From contig CP086569.2 of the NCBI GenBank assembly GCA_009914755.4, positions 9,856,001-9,920,000 of the forward strand: a DNA stretch of 64,000 nucleotides, in the 5' to 3' direction. Under the pieces are notes generated by a model. It was given only the letters and a program-made list of their open reading frames with translations, made no database searches and had not been told where the DNA came from. A program made the translations under genes and the position numbers. Below are positions 35,278 to 56,149 of the stretch, one piece after another (the first letter of the stretch is position 1; the number at the start of each line of letters is the position of its first letter). The stretch comes from the human T2T-CHM13v2.0 reference genome, Homo sapiens.

Positions 35278-37906
35278 AAACATATACTGCTGGGCAGAAC
35301 AAACAAAATGCACAGATCCCAATCACAACAGGTGAAATCATGATGAAATAAGACCTTGAATCTTGGATAGAAAGAAGGTGGTCAACATACTATAAACAAG
35401 GGTGGGAGGTAACTCTTCAAGAATCATTTGGATATGGAAAGTCTGGAAATTATTTTTTATATACTTTTGTGGCTTCACTTGGCTTAACCATAAGCTTACA
35501 AATACTCAGGAGTCATTAACTTTGCAAATTGTTTGGAGGATTCTGAGGAGTTAATCCCGGAAGATAGTATAGTGTATCAAAAATCATTTACTAGATTTTT
35601 TTATTACATAGAAGCAAAAATAAATAAAATAGAAAAGAGGTTCCATGCAGTATAGAGGGTGCTAGACTAGGAGTCAAAAAAACTGGAGTCCAATCTTGGT
35701 CTAAAGTAAACTAATTGTCCTTCTCTTTTCTTTCTGTTTCTCATGAATTAAAAAAAAGGGGCGACAAAAGGATATGTGCATTCAATCAATTCCCTCCAAC
35801 CTCTACCATCACTATTTTGAAAGTCTTTCCTATTTACAGGACATGTCTTAGTTTATAAAAAGCTCCATTATTGAATCCTTAAAACAGTACTGTTAAGAGT
35901 TATTATCCTCATTTACAAATAAGGAAGGAAAATCTCGGAGTGATTAACACATTTCCCCAAAATCCTCCTTCTAGAATGTTGTAAATCCAGTTCTCATATC
36001 AAATTCAATGCCCTTACAAGGATCCTATACTGACTCCTTAATACGATTTAGCCTAATATACATAGTATCTCTCAAAATTTAAACTATTATGTGACCCACA
36101 GAGAACAGGGCTTTAAAACAGTAATGGATTTCATCAAACTGGAAATAACTAATTTTAATAAAATATAAGGGTGAGGAAGATATTGGTCAAAGGATACAAA
36201 ATTTCAGTTAGATAGGAAGGATAAGTTTAAGAGATCTATTTTACAGATAGCATGTTGACTGTGGTTAATAAAAACATTATATTCTTGTACATTGCTAATA
36301 AAATAGATTTTAAATATTCTTACCACAAAAAAGATAAATATGTGAGGTAATGTATATGTCAATTAGCTAGATTTAGCCATCCTACAATATGTGTGTGTTT
36401 CAGAACAATACGATGTACAAAATGAATATATATAATTTTACTCATCAATTAAAATAAATAAATGTTGAAAAATGAAATAAAAATAAAAAGCAGTTGGACT
36501 TTATATCACAATGTTTTTATATGATTATTTGAAAGCTCTGTAGCTAAAGCCTATCAGGAACACACTACAGTTGAACAAATTCTGTTTATTACTCATTACA
36601 GTAAGAGAGAATGTACACCATAGGGAACTGTTTTGTAAATTATGGGGGCATCTCTGTAGGAAGATAATAAAAGGACTTGTTATAGTGTTTGGATTTGTAT
36701 TAGGTGATTTGGGAGAAATATTGAGGGATCAGAATTTTTCTCTGGATTGAATACTCTCAGGAAGTAAGGGTAATGTGATGATTAAGTATCTTAATACATC
36801 TTATCTATTGTGAGGGCAGTCTAAAGCAAGGGTAAAGTTGTAATTGGTAAAAGAAAAAAAGCAGTAACTTATATTAGTCAGAATAGTGAGACAACTGGTG
36901 AGTTTTCTGACTTGCACAATGTTCCTGTTCTGTCTGTGTTCAGACATGACTGCAGAGTGGTCTTTTTTTCGCCTTCATCTATCATGGTCACAGAGTAGCC
37001 TCATTTAATGCTGGTGTTCCTGAAATAGTAATACCAAGGCCTAGCTGTGAGTGCCAAGCCAGCTGTTAGCAACTGGGCATATCTTGTGAATGTCAGAAGC
37101 TGTTTTTCTCTTTCTCAAAACCAGTTAAACATTTTAGTTGAGTGATTTGCCCTGCAGCTGGTGGATGAGAAGGAGTTTTCCAAAAATGGGAAAAAACAGA
37201 ACAAGATATGCCCTTTCTCAAAAGGCATGTTTTCAAACACTACTTCTATATGGCAAATTATTTCTTATACAAATGTAAAATATAAAGAAGAGACTATGAG
37301 AAAATACTTGCAATATGTATAACAAACAAATGACTATACAATTCTTTCTATAAATAAAACATCAAACAACCCAATAGAAAAATACAGCAACAATTCACAG
37401 ATTAATAACTATAAATAGATAAGTAAAGATATTCAACTTTACTATTCATGAAGTAAATATAAATTAAAACAAAGAAGCAATTTTCTTCCATTTAATTGAC
37501 GCAAAAAATGATGAGGGAATAGGAAATCCTAACATTGTTAAATGTGAACAAAGTACAAGTACTCTACAGGATATTTTGGCAATCTCTAGCAAACTTTAAA
37601 ATGCGCATTAAATTTTTAAGAATTTTTCTTTTAGAAATCCTACATGTGCACAAAAACATGATTCAAAAATGTTCATTGTAGCATTTGTTAAACAGAAAAA
37701 ATCGGCGAATAACATTGAACATCAAACAGAGAAGTACCTAAATTTAAAAATGATGTATCCATACTATGAAGTTATATGCCAGCAATTAAAATATTTATAT
37801 AGATACGTATGGCAAATATAGAAGAAAAACAAAGATACAGATTTAGACAAGAAAATTAATCTACAGAAAGTGCTTTATATGTCATTTATATCAAAATATT
37901 TACATA

Positions 37907-38192
37907 GGCCAATTGCAGCAGCTTATGCCTATAATCCCAACACTTTGGGTGGCTGAGCCAGAAGGATTGCCTGAGTCCAGGAATTTGAGACCAGCCTAGG
38001 CAACATAGTGAGACCTCTTTTCTACAAAAACAAAAACAAAAAAGAGCCAGGTATGGTGACATATGCCTGTAGTCCCAACTACTCAGGAGGCTGAGGTGGG
38101 AGAATTGCTTGAGCCTGCGAGGTTGAGGCGCAGTAAGCTGAGAGCGTGCCAATGTACTCCAGCCTGGGCAACAGAGCAAGACCCTGTCTAAA
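37907..38192 (+). mobile_element. Alu SINE followed by (TA)n/(TATG)-rich simple sequence 38195-38280
   Basis: ggccaattgcagcagcttatgcctataatcccaacactttgggtggctgag…ctccagcctgggcaacagagcaagaccctgtct. Confidence 0.85.
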
Positions 38193-39412
38193 AATATATA
38201 TTTATATATTTGTAATATTTGCATATATGTGTATGAATATATATATATAAAGTATGTGTGTATATATATTTAAATGAATATAAAATTATCTGTAAGTGAG
38301 CATACCAATTGTGAGCTGATCTGTTTCCTTTGAAGACCAGGAATTCAGTTGAATTTTGCGAGAAAGAGGGTGGGGAGAATGGTAGAAATGTAAGTTTTTC
38401 TGTATATACATCTGTACTGCTTGAAATTTTTATAGGAATGTATTATTTTCATTACAAATAGTTAAATAATAGTATATTCTCTTAGGAAACATCTAGCTGA
38501 GATGGGATAACTTGTAATGCAGTTATCTTCCTGGTAGAAACAACTGAAAACACTGGACTGTATACATACATATATCAATGTTTTTAAGTGTTAGAAATTA
38601 GGTAGTGAAAGAGAATAATTCCTTAGAGGGTGAAAGCAAAATAAAGCCTTATGATTGTCCGGGCTTACTGCCTGAAAGGAGATTTTGGGCTGTATCATAC
38701 AAAGGGAGAACCCAAATGGAATCCAGTAGCCTCCCTAAGTTGAGATGACAGAGCTAGGAGTCCAGAAAGGGAAATACAGCTAGAATTTTCAGGGAAGAAT
38801 ACAAGAGAAAAAAGACATGCACAAAAAATATGACAACTGCAGAGATTTGTTGAAGGTCCTCCTCAGCTCTAGTTGAGCACGAATCAGTGCATGAATGTGA
38901 GGAAACTAACCGAGGCTGGAGAAATAACTATCTAAAAACAGTAGAGAAAAAAATTCTTAGTGCTCAAACAGTTCATGTTCCCATAATTCAGAGTGAAAAA
39001 CCTTGTACTTCACATGACATTAGGTAGGTTCCTCAGAGGGTATCGCCACAGTAGTGGAAAAAAAAAAAGCCCGAGATTAATACCTAGTCTGGTTCCAACA
39101 AAGTTCAAAAACAAGCCTTGAAAGAATCAATGTTTTGTTTTGTTTTTTTGTTCCAAGTAAACTTAAAGCATCTCAGATTTAAGTGTGAAAATAATATTAG
39201 AAGAAGAAAAACACCATCAAAAAAGTAAAATCCACATTTTCTGACATCAAATAAAAAATTACTAAGCATGCATGAAGCCAGGAAAATAAGAGAAAAGCCA
39301 TTCAACAGGAAGAGGCCAGAAAATGGCACGTATAGAATAAGTAGACAATAATATTAAAATAGCTACAAATATTCTAACTCTATTATATATGTTCAATACA
39401 TAAGAGGAAAGG

Positions 39413-39718
<306 letters not shown>

Positions 39719-40259
39719 TTAAGTAAACATATGAAAGACATACCAAAATCAAACTTCCGTGGATGTGAATTACACGTCTGAAATCAAAAATAAAATGGGT
39801 GGATATATAGCAGATTCAGCACTGCAGAAGAAAAGACCAACACTACAATTGAATTTTGTTCCCCCATATTAGTATGTTGAAGTTTCAAACCGCAGTGCCA
39901 CAGAATGTGATATTATTTTAATATGAGATTCTTGCAGATGTGAGCTAAGATGAAGTAATTAGGAAAAGACTTAATCCAACACTACAATACTACTGGCATT
40001 TTAATAACCGGGAAATCTGGAGGTAGAGGCACATACCCAGGTAGAATGTCACATGAAAACAAAGGCAGAAAAGTCACTGAATCTAGCTAGGCAAGAGAGG
40101 TTGTAGATTCTGAGAGCCCTCAGAAGAAACCAACCTTGTCAACACCTTGATATTAAACTTCCAGTCCCCAGAACTGTGAGAAAATATATGATGTATAAGC
40201 CCCCTAGTTTGTGGTGTTTTACTATGGCCACTTTAGCAAACTAAAGCTACCATTAACAT

Positions 40260-42403
40260 TGAAAACATTAGGAGAGTAATTTCCACATTAAATGCAAAGA
40301 GGAAACATTGTTTGAAAACAAAGCTAGAATACCTATATAATATGATAGGGTAGATGTCAGAGGCAAGAATATCACATGCAAAATGAGGGACATTGTAAAC
40401 TGATAAAGGGAGAATTTACCAAGGAAATGTAAGAATTTAAAAATTTGATATTTAGGCATCCAAAATAACTGTGCTTCAAAATCAACATTGCAAAAATTAA
40501 TAAAACTTAAAGGAGAAATAGGTAAATTCACAATTATAGTCAAATATGTCAATATTCCTCTTTTAATAAATGATAAAAGATTTGGAAAAAATCAGTAAAA
40601 TATACAGACTTGAAAAACAATATCAAATAACTTGACTTAACTGACTTTGGTAGAACACGTGACACAACAACAGTAGAATATGCAGTCTTTTCGAGTGCAC
40701 ACAGAACATATACCAAGATAAGCCAGATGCAGGATCATTAAACAAGTCTGAATAAATGTAAAATGATTGAAGCCATACAAAGTACATTCGCTGACCACAA
40801 TGGACTTAAACTAGGAATTAATATCAGAAAAAAAATGTCTAGGAAATTCCCAAGTATTTTAACACTAAATAGCATAGTTCCGGAGAGGAGATGGATCAAG
40901 GAAAGAATAAGATACAATTAGAAAATAATTTGAATTAAATGAGAGTGAAAAGACAACCTACCAAAATTTGTGGGACTCAGATTTAAAAATATTGGAAGGT
41001 AAATTTATAGCACTAAAATTTCTACGTCATACAAGATTGGTCTCAGCTGGGCGTGGTGGCTCATGCCTATAATCCTATCACTTTGGGAGGGCCAGGCAGG
41101 TGAATCACCTGAGGTCAGCAGTTCAAGACGGGTCTGGCCAACATGGAAAACCTGTCTCTACCAAAAATACAAAAATTAGCAGGGCATAATTGTGCATGCC
41201 TGTAATCCCAGTTACCTAGGAGGCTGGGACAACAGAATCACTTGAACCTAGGAGGCGGAGGTTGCACTGAGCCAAGGTGGTGCCACTGAACTGCAGCCTG
41301 GACATCAGAGAGAGACAAAAAAAGATTGCCCTCATAACAATGAGAGCATCTACATTTCTATATTGAGAAAATAAGACAAAAGAGCAAATGAAACCCAAAA
41401 TAAACAGAATGAAGAAAATAAAATTAAAGTAGAAATGAAACAGAAAACAAAAATATACTAAGGAAAATCAATGTAATGAAAAGGTAGTTCATTGAAATGA
41501 TTAATATAACTGATAAACCTATAGCCATATCAATGTGGAAAAAATATACACATTAGGAATGATAGAGGTGCCATCACTAAAGTTCTACATCTATTAAGTG
41601 GATAATAATTAAATGTCAAAAACAACTTTATGCAAATAAAAGCAACAACTGAATGACAAATACCTTGAAAAGACAAGCTACCAATGCTAACACAAAAATA
41701 AATAGATAAACCCAACACTATATCTAAAAACAGAAATGAAATTTTTAAACAAAACTTTCACACAAAGAAAATGTCTGGCCCAGATTACTTTGCATAAGAA
41801 TTCTAACGAACATCAAAAGAAGAAATAATACCAACTCTACACAAAATCTTCTAGAAAATTAAAAGGAGAGAATGCTATCTATCTCACTATACAAGCCCAA
41901 CATTACCTTGATGCCAAAGCTAGACAAACAAATTACAAGAAAATCACAAACTAATGTCCCCCATGAACAAATTCAAAATTTTCTAACTATTTTTTTACTA
42001 AAACAGTATGCAGAATGGATAAAATATCCATAATCAAGTGAGTTTTATGTAATGTTGAATTATCGTTAGAAAAATAATCAGTATCACTCAGCATCATTAA
42101 AAATTAACAGCCTATAAAAGAAAGCAAGACAATAGACACAGAAAAAGCACTTGACAAAATCCAACATCCATTCTTGATAAAATTAAACTTTCAGCAAATT
42201 AGCAATAAAAAGGTAATACTCCTATCTGATAAAAGGCATCTGTAATAAACCTACAGCACCATACTTAATGATAAAACGTTGAATGGTTTTCCCTCGAAGA
42301 TAGAGAAAAAAATGAAGATATTAGTGCTGACTACTTCTCTTCAATGTTGTATTAGTGTTTCTAGACAATGTAATAATTGAAGAAAAAGATGTAAAATCTT
42401 TCT
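40260..42403 (+). mobile_element. Ancient L1 (L1M/L1PB-class) ORF2 region, left part. It is interrupted by an Alu at 41045-41325 and by the young L1 inserted at 42404. Older L1-like sequence may start earlier, from ~39700.
   Basis: Diverged L1 ORF2 translation is recognisable in the endonuclease region at 40650-41040. It is also recognisable as …SGPDYF..EF..TSKEEIIPTLHKIF… at ~41770 and …IDTEKALDKIQHPFLIK… at ~42130. The sequence continues in register on the far side of the 7.2-kb insertion. Confidence 0.65.
41045..41325 (+). mobile_element. Alu SINE inserted into the ancient L1
   Basis: ggctgggcgtggtggctcatgcctataatcctatcactttgggagggccaggcaggtgaatcacctgaggtcagcagttcaagac…. Confidence 0.9.
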
Positions 42404-49638
<7,235 letters not shown>

Positions 49639-49648
49639 AAAATCTTTC

Positions 49649-51010
49649 CAGAATGAAATAAATAACACCGCTTATTAATAGACAATATCATCTAAATTTA
49701 AAAAAATGTTACAATCTACAAAAATCATCTAGAACTAATAAGTGGATTTTTCAAGGTTGTGGAATCTAAGGTCAGTATAAAATGATAAATCTATAAACTA
49801 CACTAAAAATTAGAAATTAAAATTTTAAAACAATGCCACTAACAAACAAAAATATAAAATACATAATAATAAATTTGACAAAATCTATGCAAGAACTATA
49901 TAGCAGAAACAACACAGTATTGTAAAGACAAATTAAAGAAAACCTAAATACAGTGAAGCATATTATTATGCATAATTGATAGGAGAAATATCATATATTG
50001 ATATAGCATATGAATAATGGAAGGGGATAATAGGCCCCTTTTGGGTTCAGTAGGGGCTTATTGAGGGTTTGATGGCTGAATATTGTTATAATTTCAAATC
50101 TTCCACTATGTTATTAATAGAATCAATGTAATCTCAATCAGAAACCTAGCAGGCTTAAGAAAAAAGAGAAGCCAATTATAAAATGTATGTGGAAATACAA
50201 AGGAACTGGAATATCCATTAAAACTTTAAAAGTAAAAACACCACTGAAATACTAACATCAGATGATTTGTAGACTTGATTTTACAAATGGTTATCAAGAC
50301 AGACACATATATCAATGAAATTGAATACTGAGTCCAGAAATTGACCCAGACCAAAATGGTCTGTTGATTTTTGACAAAGATCTACATAAAATTTGGTGGA
50401 AAAGGATAGTCATTTTTACAAATTGTGTTAGAAAAATTAGATATCCATATGTAAATAACAATTATAATTAACTTCAATCCACACCTTACACCATATATTA
50501 AAATTTAGTCAAGATGGAATTTAGATTTAGATATAACATCTAAAACTATAAAATTTCAAGAAGATAATGTGGAACAACATATTTATGAATCTGGATTTGG
50601 CATAGATTTTTTAAAATACAACAGAAAAAGTACAAAATATAAAAGAAAAAAGTCAATAACTTATATTAGTCTATTTGTGATGCTATACAAAATAACTTAG
50701 ACTGGGTAGTTTATAAAGAAAGCAAATTAACCTTTTATAACTCCAGAGGCCAGGAAGTCCAAGATCAAGATACCAGAAAGTTTGATGTCTAGTGAGGGTT
50801 ACACACTTTGTCTAAGCTATTACCTTGTTGCTGCATCTCCAAATGGGAGAAATGCTGTATTCTCATGTGGAAGAAAAGCCCAAAGGGCTTAAGTTAGTTC
50901 CTTCCTTCCCTTTTATAATGATCTGTCCCTCATGACTTAATCACTTCCCAAAAGGCCTCACCTTTTAATATCATCACCATGGGGGTGAATTTCAACATGT
51001 GAATTTTGGA
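49649..51010 (+). mobile_element. Ancient L1 (L1M/L1PB-class), right part: ORF2 C-terminal region and the characteristic old-L1 3' end
   Basis: Continues the interrupted old L1. The 3' terminal segment …ccagaggccaggaagtccaagatcaaga…ccatgggggtgaatttcaacatgtgaattttggaagggacacattcaaaccatagca matches the 3' end shared by L1MA/L1PB elements. Confidence 0.65.
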
Positions 51011-51734
51011 AGGGACACATTCAAACCATAGCACTCTACCAGTGGTGGGCCAAAATTCATGTTCTCCTCACATACAAAAATACATTAATTCTATCCCAAA
51101 AGTGTTAACACATTCCAGCATAACTTTTAAAGTCTATATGCAAAGTCTGATCTAGAACATGCAAATATTATCTAAATCAGATATGGGGGATACTCAAAGT
51201 ATGATTCATCTAGAGTCAAATTACCATTCAGAGTCCAAAATACCATTGGAAGATGGTCATGGGATAGGTATTCCCAATCCAAAAGATACAACTAGGTAAG
51301 AGGAAAGGGGTGATAGTTTGCTTTTGGTTTCAAAACAAAACGGGACGAACAACATTGTATCTTAAGGCCTGAGAATAATATTATTTGACTCCATGTCCCA
51401 CATTCCAGACACACTTGAGTGAAGGTTGAGTCCCCAAGGCTGCAAAAAACTTTCTCACATTGATTTTTGGGGTACAGCCATGCCACAGCTCTTAGGGTTT
51501 GATTTAATTTGCCTGGAGCTCTCCCAGGCTGGCATTGCAGTAGCGGCTGTGCAGGCCTGGGGTCTTGGAGGTGACCTTCATCCAATAATCTTGGTAAACA
51601 CTGCTCTAGTGGTGGCTATCTGCAGTATCCATGACCCCTTAGCTCCACTGGACATTTCCCCTGTCGAGATCCCCTTTGGTAACCCTGACCCCATGGCTCA
51701 ACTGCGCATTGCGCTAGTGGAGGGAATGATATGG

Positions 51735-52460
51735 TTAGGCTTCCTGGTGTCCCCACCGAAATCTCATCTTGGACTGTAATCCCCATAATACCCACATGTC
51801 AAGGGTGGGACCAGGTGGAAGTAATCGAATCATGGGGGCATTTGATAATTAGTGAGTTATCATGAGATCTGATAGTTTTATAAGGGGCTTGATGTGGTTT
51901 GTTTGTGTCCCCACCCAAATCTCATCTTCAGTTGTAGTTCCCATTATCTTCATGTGTCATAGGAGGGAACAAGTGGGAAGTAATGTAATCATGGGAGTGG
52001 TTACCTCCATATTGTTGTCATGATAGTGAGTGAGTTCTCACCAGATGGTTTATAAGGGGCTTTTCCCCCTTTGCTCAGGACTTCTCCTTTCTGATGCCAT
52101 GTGAGAAAGGACTTGTTGCTTCCCCTTCCATCATGATTGTAAGTTTCCTGATTCCCCTCCAGCCCCATAGAACTGTGAGTCAATTAAACCTCTTTCCTTT
52201 ATAAATTATCCAGTCTCAGGTATGTCTTTATTAGCAGTGTGAGAATGGACTAACACAGGGCTCTTACCCTGTTACTCAGCACTTCTTCTTTCTGCTGCCT
52301 TGTGAGAAGGTGCCTGGCTTCCTCTTTGCCTTCCTCCATGATTGTTAAGATTTCCCCATCCATGTTGAACTGTGAGTCAATTAAACCTATTTCCTTTATA
52401 TATTACCCAGTCTCAGGCAGTTCTTTATAGCAATATGAAAACAGACTAATGCAGGCATTC
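51735..52460 (+). mobile_element. Cluster of two to three tandem or partially duplicated ERVL-MaLR LTR copies (MST/THE1-like)
   Basis: Shows repeated LTR-start motifs (gtgtccccacc(c/g)aaatctcatcttg…aatcatggg). It also shows repeated LTR-end motifs (ccatgattgt(t)aag…gaactgtgagtcaattaaacct(c/a)tttcctttata(a/t)attacccagtctcagg…gactaa(c/t)(a/g)cagg) at 51735-51900, 51900-52265 and 52265-52460. Confidence 0.6.
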
Positions 52461-53177
52461 CGCAGTGGCCCTGATCCTGCAGTATTTCTCTGACTGGACC
52501 CCAAGTTTCTCTGGGGCATTCATTGAAAATTAGGAGGTATCCATGCCTCCACAGCTCATTTGCTCTGCGTGACTGCAAAGTTAGCACCACATGAATGCTG
52601 TCAAGGATTATAGCCTGTATCTTCCAGAGAACTTGCCCTTGCTGCAACTAAGCCCACTTGAGCCACAGCTGAGAATGCTGTGGAGCACTACATTGGAATG
52701 GGGGAAGCAGAGACTTGAGGTGGGCTTAGGCAGCAAACACTGAGGATCTTCAGGCATCCCGGGACCCTCCCTTGAAACTATTCTGCCCTCAAAGACTTAG
52801 TTCTTTGTGCCTGTGGTGAGAGAGGTAGCCTGGAAGATCTCTGTTTTGCCATCAGGATCATTCCTCCATTGTTCTGATAAAAGGAATCTGGCTTCTTCCT
52901 ATCTATACTAATCTCCTCATCTAATGGTCACTTGGCCACACACTTGGTTTTGTCTCCTAAACATAGGTTTTTATTCTTTACTAGGCGAGGTTAACAATTT
53001 TCGAAATCTTCAGGGTCTTCTCCCCTTTTTAATTCCCTTAGAATTATAAATCTTTAATGTGTTTCTCTTTTATTGCATTTTACTATAAGCAGCTAAGCCA
53101 TGCCATCCAGCACCCTGAACAATTTGTTTAGATATTTATTTCACCAAATATTCTAGTTCATCATTGTAAATCTGGCC

Positions 53178-53183
<6 letters not shown>

Positions 53184-53211
<28 letters not shown>

Positions 53212-53492
53212 GAGATGAAGTCTCAGTCTTTCACCCAGGCTGGAGTGCAGTGGCGCGATCTCCACTCACTGCAGGTTCCGTCCCCCGGGGTTCACGCCAT
53301 TCTCCTGCCTCAGCCTCCTGCATAGCTGGGACTACAGGCACCCGCCACCGCGCCCGGCTATTTTTTTGTGTTTTTAGTAGAGACGGAGTTTCACCGTGTT
53401 AGCCAGGATGGTCTCGATCTCCTGACCTCATGATCCACCTGCCTCGGCCTCCCAAAGTGCTGGGATTACAGGTGTGAGCCACCGCGCCCAGC
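53184..53492 (-). mobile_element. Young AluY SINE (reverse), long poly-T on + strand, numerous intact CpGs
   Basis: (t)28gagatgaagtctcagtctttcacccaggctggagtgcagtggcgcgatct…ccgtcccccggggttcacgccattctcctgcc…cccgccaccgcgcccggc…gtctcgatctcctgacctcatgatccacctgcctcggcctcccaaagtgctgggattacaggtgtgagccaccgcgcccagcc. Confidence 0.9.
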
Positions 53493-54914
53493 CTAAATTC
53501 TGCCTTTCACAAAACAGAACATGGAGACGAGTCCGGCAAATACTTTGCCACTTAGTAACAAGGATGGCATTTCCTCTATTTTCCAGTAAGATAGTCTTCA
53601 TTTCCATCTGAGACCTCATCAGAATGGCCATTACTGTCCATATTTCTATGAACATTCTGTTCATGACCACATAGGTAATCTCTAAAACTGAGGCTTTCTC
53701 TATAGCTCTCCTCTTCTAAGCTCTCACCAGAATTGCCCTTAACAATCTATTCATGGCAATCTAAGCTTTTACTAGCCTGCACCTTAAAATTCTTCCAACC
53801 TCTACCCAGTTCCAAAGCCACATTCACATTTTTAGGTATATGTTAGAGCAGCACATTCACTTGTCAATACCAATTTGTCTTAATTTGTGAGGCCATGAAG
53901 TACCTTAGACTTAGTAATTTACAGTTCAGGAGGCCATGAAGTTCAATATCAATGCAAAAGCAGATTAGGTGTCTGGTGAGTGCTGCTCTCTATTTCCAAG
54001 ATGGCACCCTGTAACTGCATCTTCCAGAGGAGAAGAATGCTGTGTCCTCACCTGCCAGAAGAGCAGAACACTGGTCTTCTATAGATTTCCTTGAACATTT
54101 CAAGCTGCTTCATACAACAAGGATGTGGAACTTGTCTATCTCCTCTGCCCAGAACGCTCTTCTTCCAAGTATTTACCTACCTAATTCTTTATGTCATTTA
54201 AATGTCATCTCTCTGTAGAAGCATTGTTCACCCCATTCCTTCTGCCAACTCTCTACTCCCTTTTCTTTTATTCACAGCACTACTTGAAATTAAATATTTG
54301 TTTGCTCTTGAGTTGGAAGCTATATGAAGGCAGAAACATTTGGTTAGTTTTATGCACTACTGAATCACCCAATGCCTGGAAGAGTACTTCACAAATAGGA
54401 ATCTCTGATGAAAGAATTGTTGAATGATCATATGAGTAATTGTGGACTTACACTAAAAGTGAAAATAAATAAAATGCTGGCTCTTAAGGCAAAAAGATCT
54501 GCAGGCAAGGACTGCCAAGTGAATCTGAGCACAGAGCTATTGCAGCCAACTAGAGAAAAGGGGAAACTTGGAAGCTTGGAAGTCATAGATAAGGAAACAC
54601 CAAAGAAGCCTTTGAAGATTACAGATTAATCTAATATCTTATGACTAGAAGAGAATGTGCATATTTGTCTTAAGAAGAGATTGTGAGTGGGAAAGTGATG
54701 TAATTAGATATGTTTCATGCATATCATAATTGTTGTATATAATTATTGGTATTGGTGCCTTAATTTACTCTTTGATAAGCCTAAGTTCTACCCTTTCCTC
54801 ATCAGTTTTCTTCTGAGTTCCCAATATACTGGGTAGTTGAATAGGAAAAATCTGTTTATTTAACTTCCTATTAATCTATTCATATATAATGTATATATAT
54901 AAAATGTGTTTGTG

Positions 54915-55030
54915 TATATATATAACATATATATAACATATATAACACATATATAACATATATAACATATATATAACATATATATAACATATATAACATA
55001 TATAACATATATATCATATATATATATACA
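54915..55030. repeat. AT-rich minisatellite, approximate unit ATATAACAT / ATATATAACAT
   Basis: tatatataacatatatataacatatataacacatatataacatatataacatatatataacatatatataacatatataacatatataacatatatatcatatatatatatacacac. Confidence 0.85.
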
Positions 55031-55138
55031 CACATTTCTACTAAGTTTGTGTTCAATTTTAGCAGTAGTTTCTTTTTCTCCAGTTCTTAATAAAGTAACT
55101 AATATTCTGAGGAAAATAGAGTTAAGATACTTACGTTA

Positions 55139-55400
55139 GGCCGGCCTGGTGGCTACCTGTAATCTCAGCACTTTGGGAGGCTGAGGTGGGAAGATCATGA
55201 GGTCAGCATTTCGAGACCAGCCTGGCCAACATAGTGAAACCCCATCTCTACTAAAAAGTACAAAAAATTAGCTGGGTGTGTTGGCGAACACTACTCATGA
55301 GGCTGATGCAGGAGAATTTCTTCAATCCAGGAGGCAGAGGTTGCAGTGAGTTGAGACGGCACCATTGTAGTCCAGCCCAAGCAACAGTGTGAGACTCCAG
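55139..55400 (+). mobile_element. Alu SINE (older, diverged)
   Basis: aggccggcctggtggctacctgtaatctcagcactttgggaggctgaggtgggaagatcatgaggtcagcatttcgagaccagcctggccaacatagtgaaacc…. Confidence 0.8.
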
Positions 55401-55503
55401 AAAAAACTTATGTTAACTAATGAAATTAATTTTGTTAAGTATTTTTAAGTTGTATCATTTCATTCACTTCTGCAAGGATGTATCTTGCTGGCATTGATTG
55501 TAT

Positions 55504-55799
<296 letters not shown>

Positions 55800-56149
55800 A
55801 ATTGTATTTGTTTACAAGCAAATTATTGAGGAAAATTGGCAATAAATATATATACATACATCTATTTTAAATTTCTCTAATTTTATTTTGAAAGTATCTT
55901 TTAAATGATAAATGTACCCATAGACTTAATGAAAAGAAAAAAAACAAAAATATTAAATTTTCCCTTCAGTAAAACATTTTGAAACTATAAATAAAGAATA
56001 AAACACAAGGTGAAAACAAGCAGGAAAATAGCATTTAAAAATGCATATAAATAAATGTTATCTTCACTGATATCTTCGTTTACACCAGTAAACTATTACA
56101 AAATCATTTTTAAGTCTGCATTGCCTTTAAAAAAGGAAAATTCAGCATA

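Noticed and set aside
39850-40260. Segment ending …ccagtccccagaactgtgagaaaatatatgatgtataagccccctagtttgtggtgttttactatggccactttagcaaactaa, reminiscent of an old interspersed-repeat terminus
   Set aside because: I recognise the motif class (ancient mammalian repeat, possibly part of the old L1 or a MER-type element) but cannot assign a family from memory. It is left unannotated rather than guessed.
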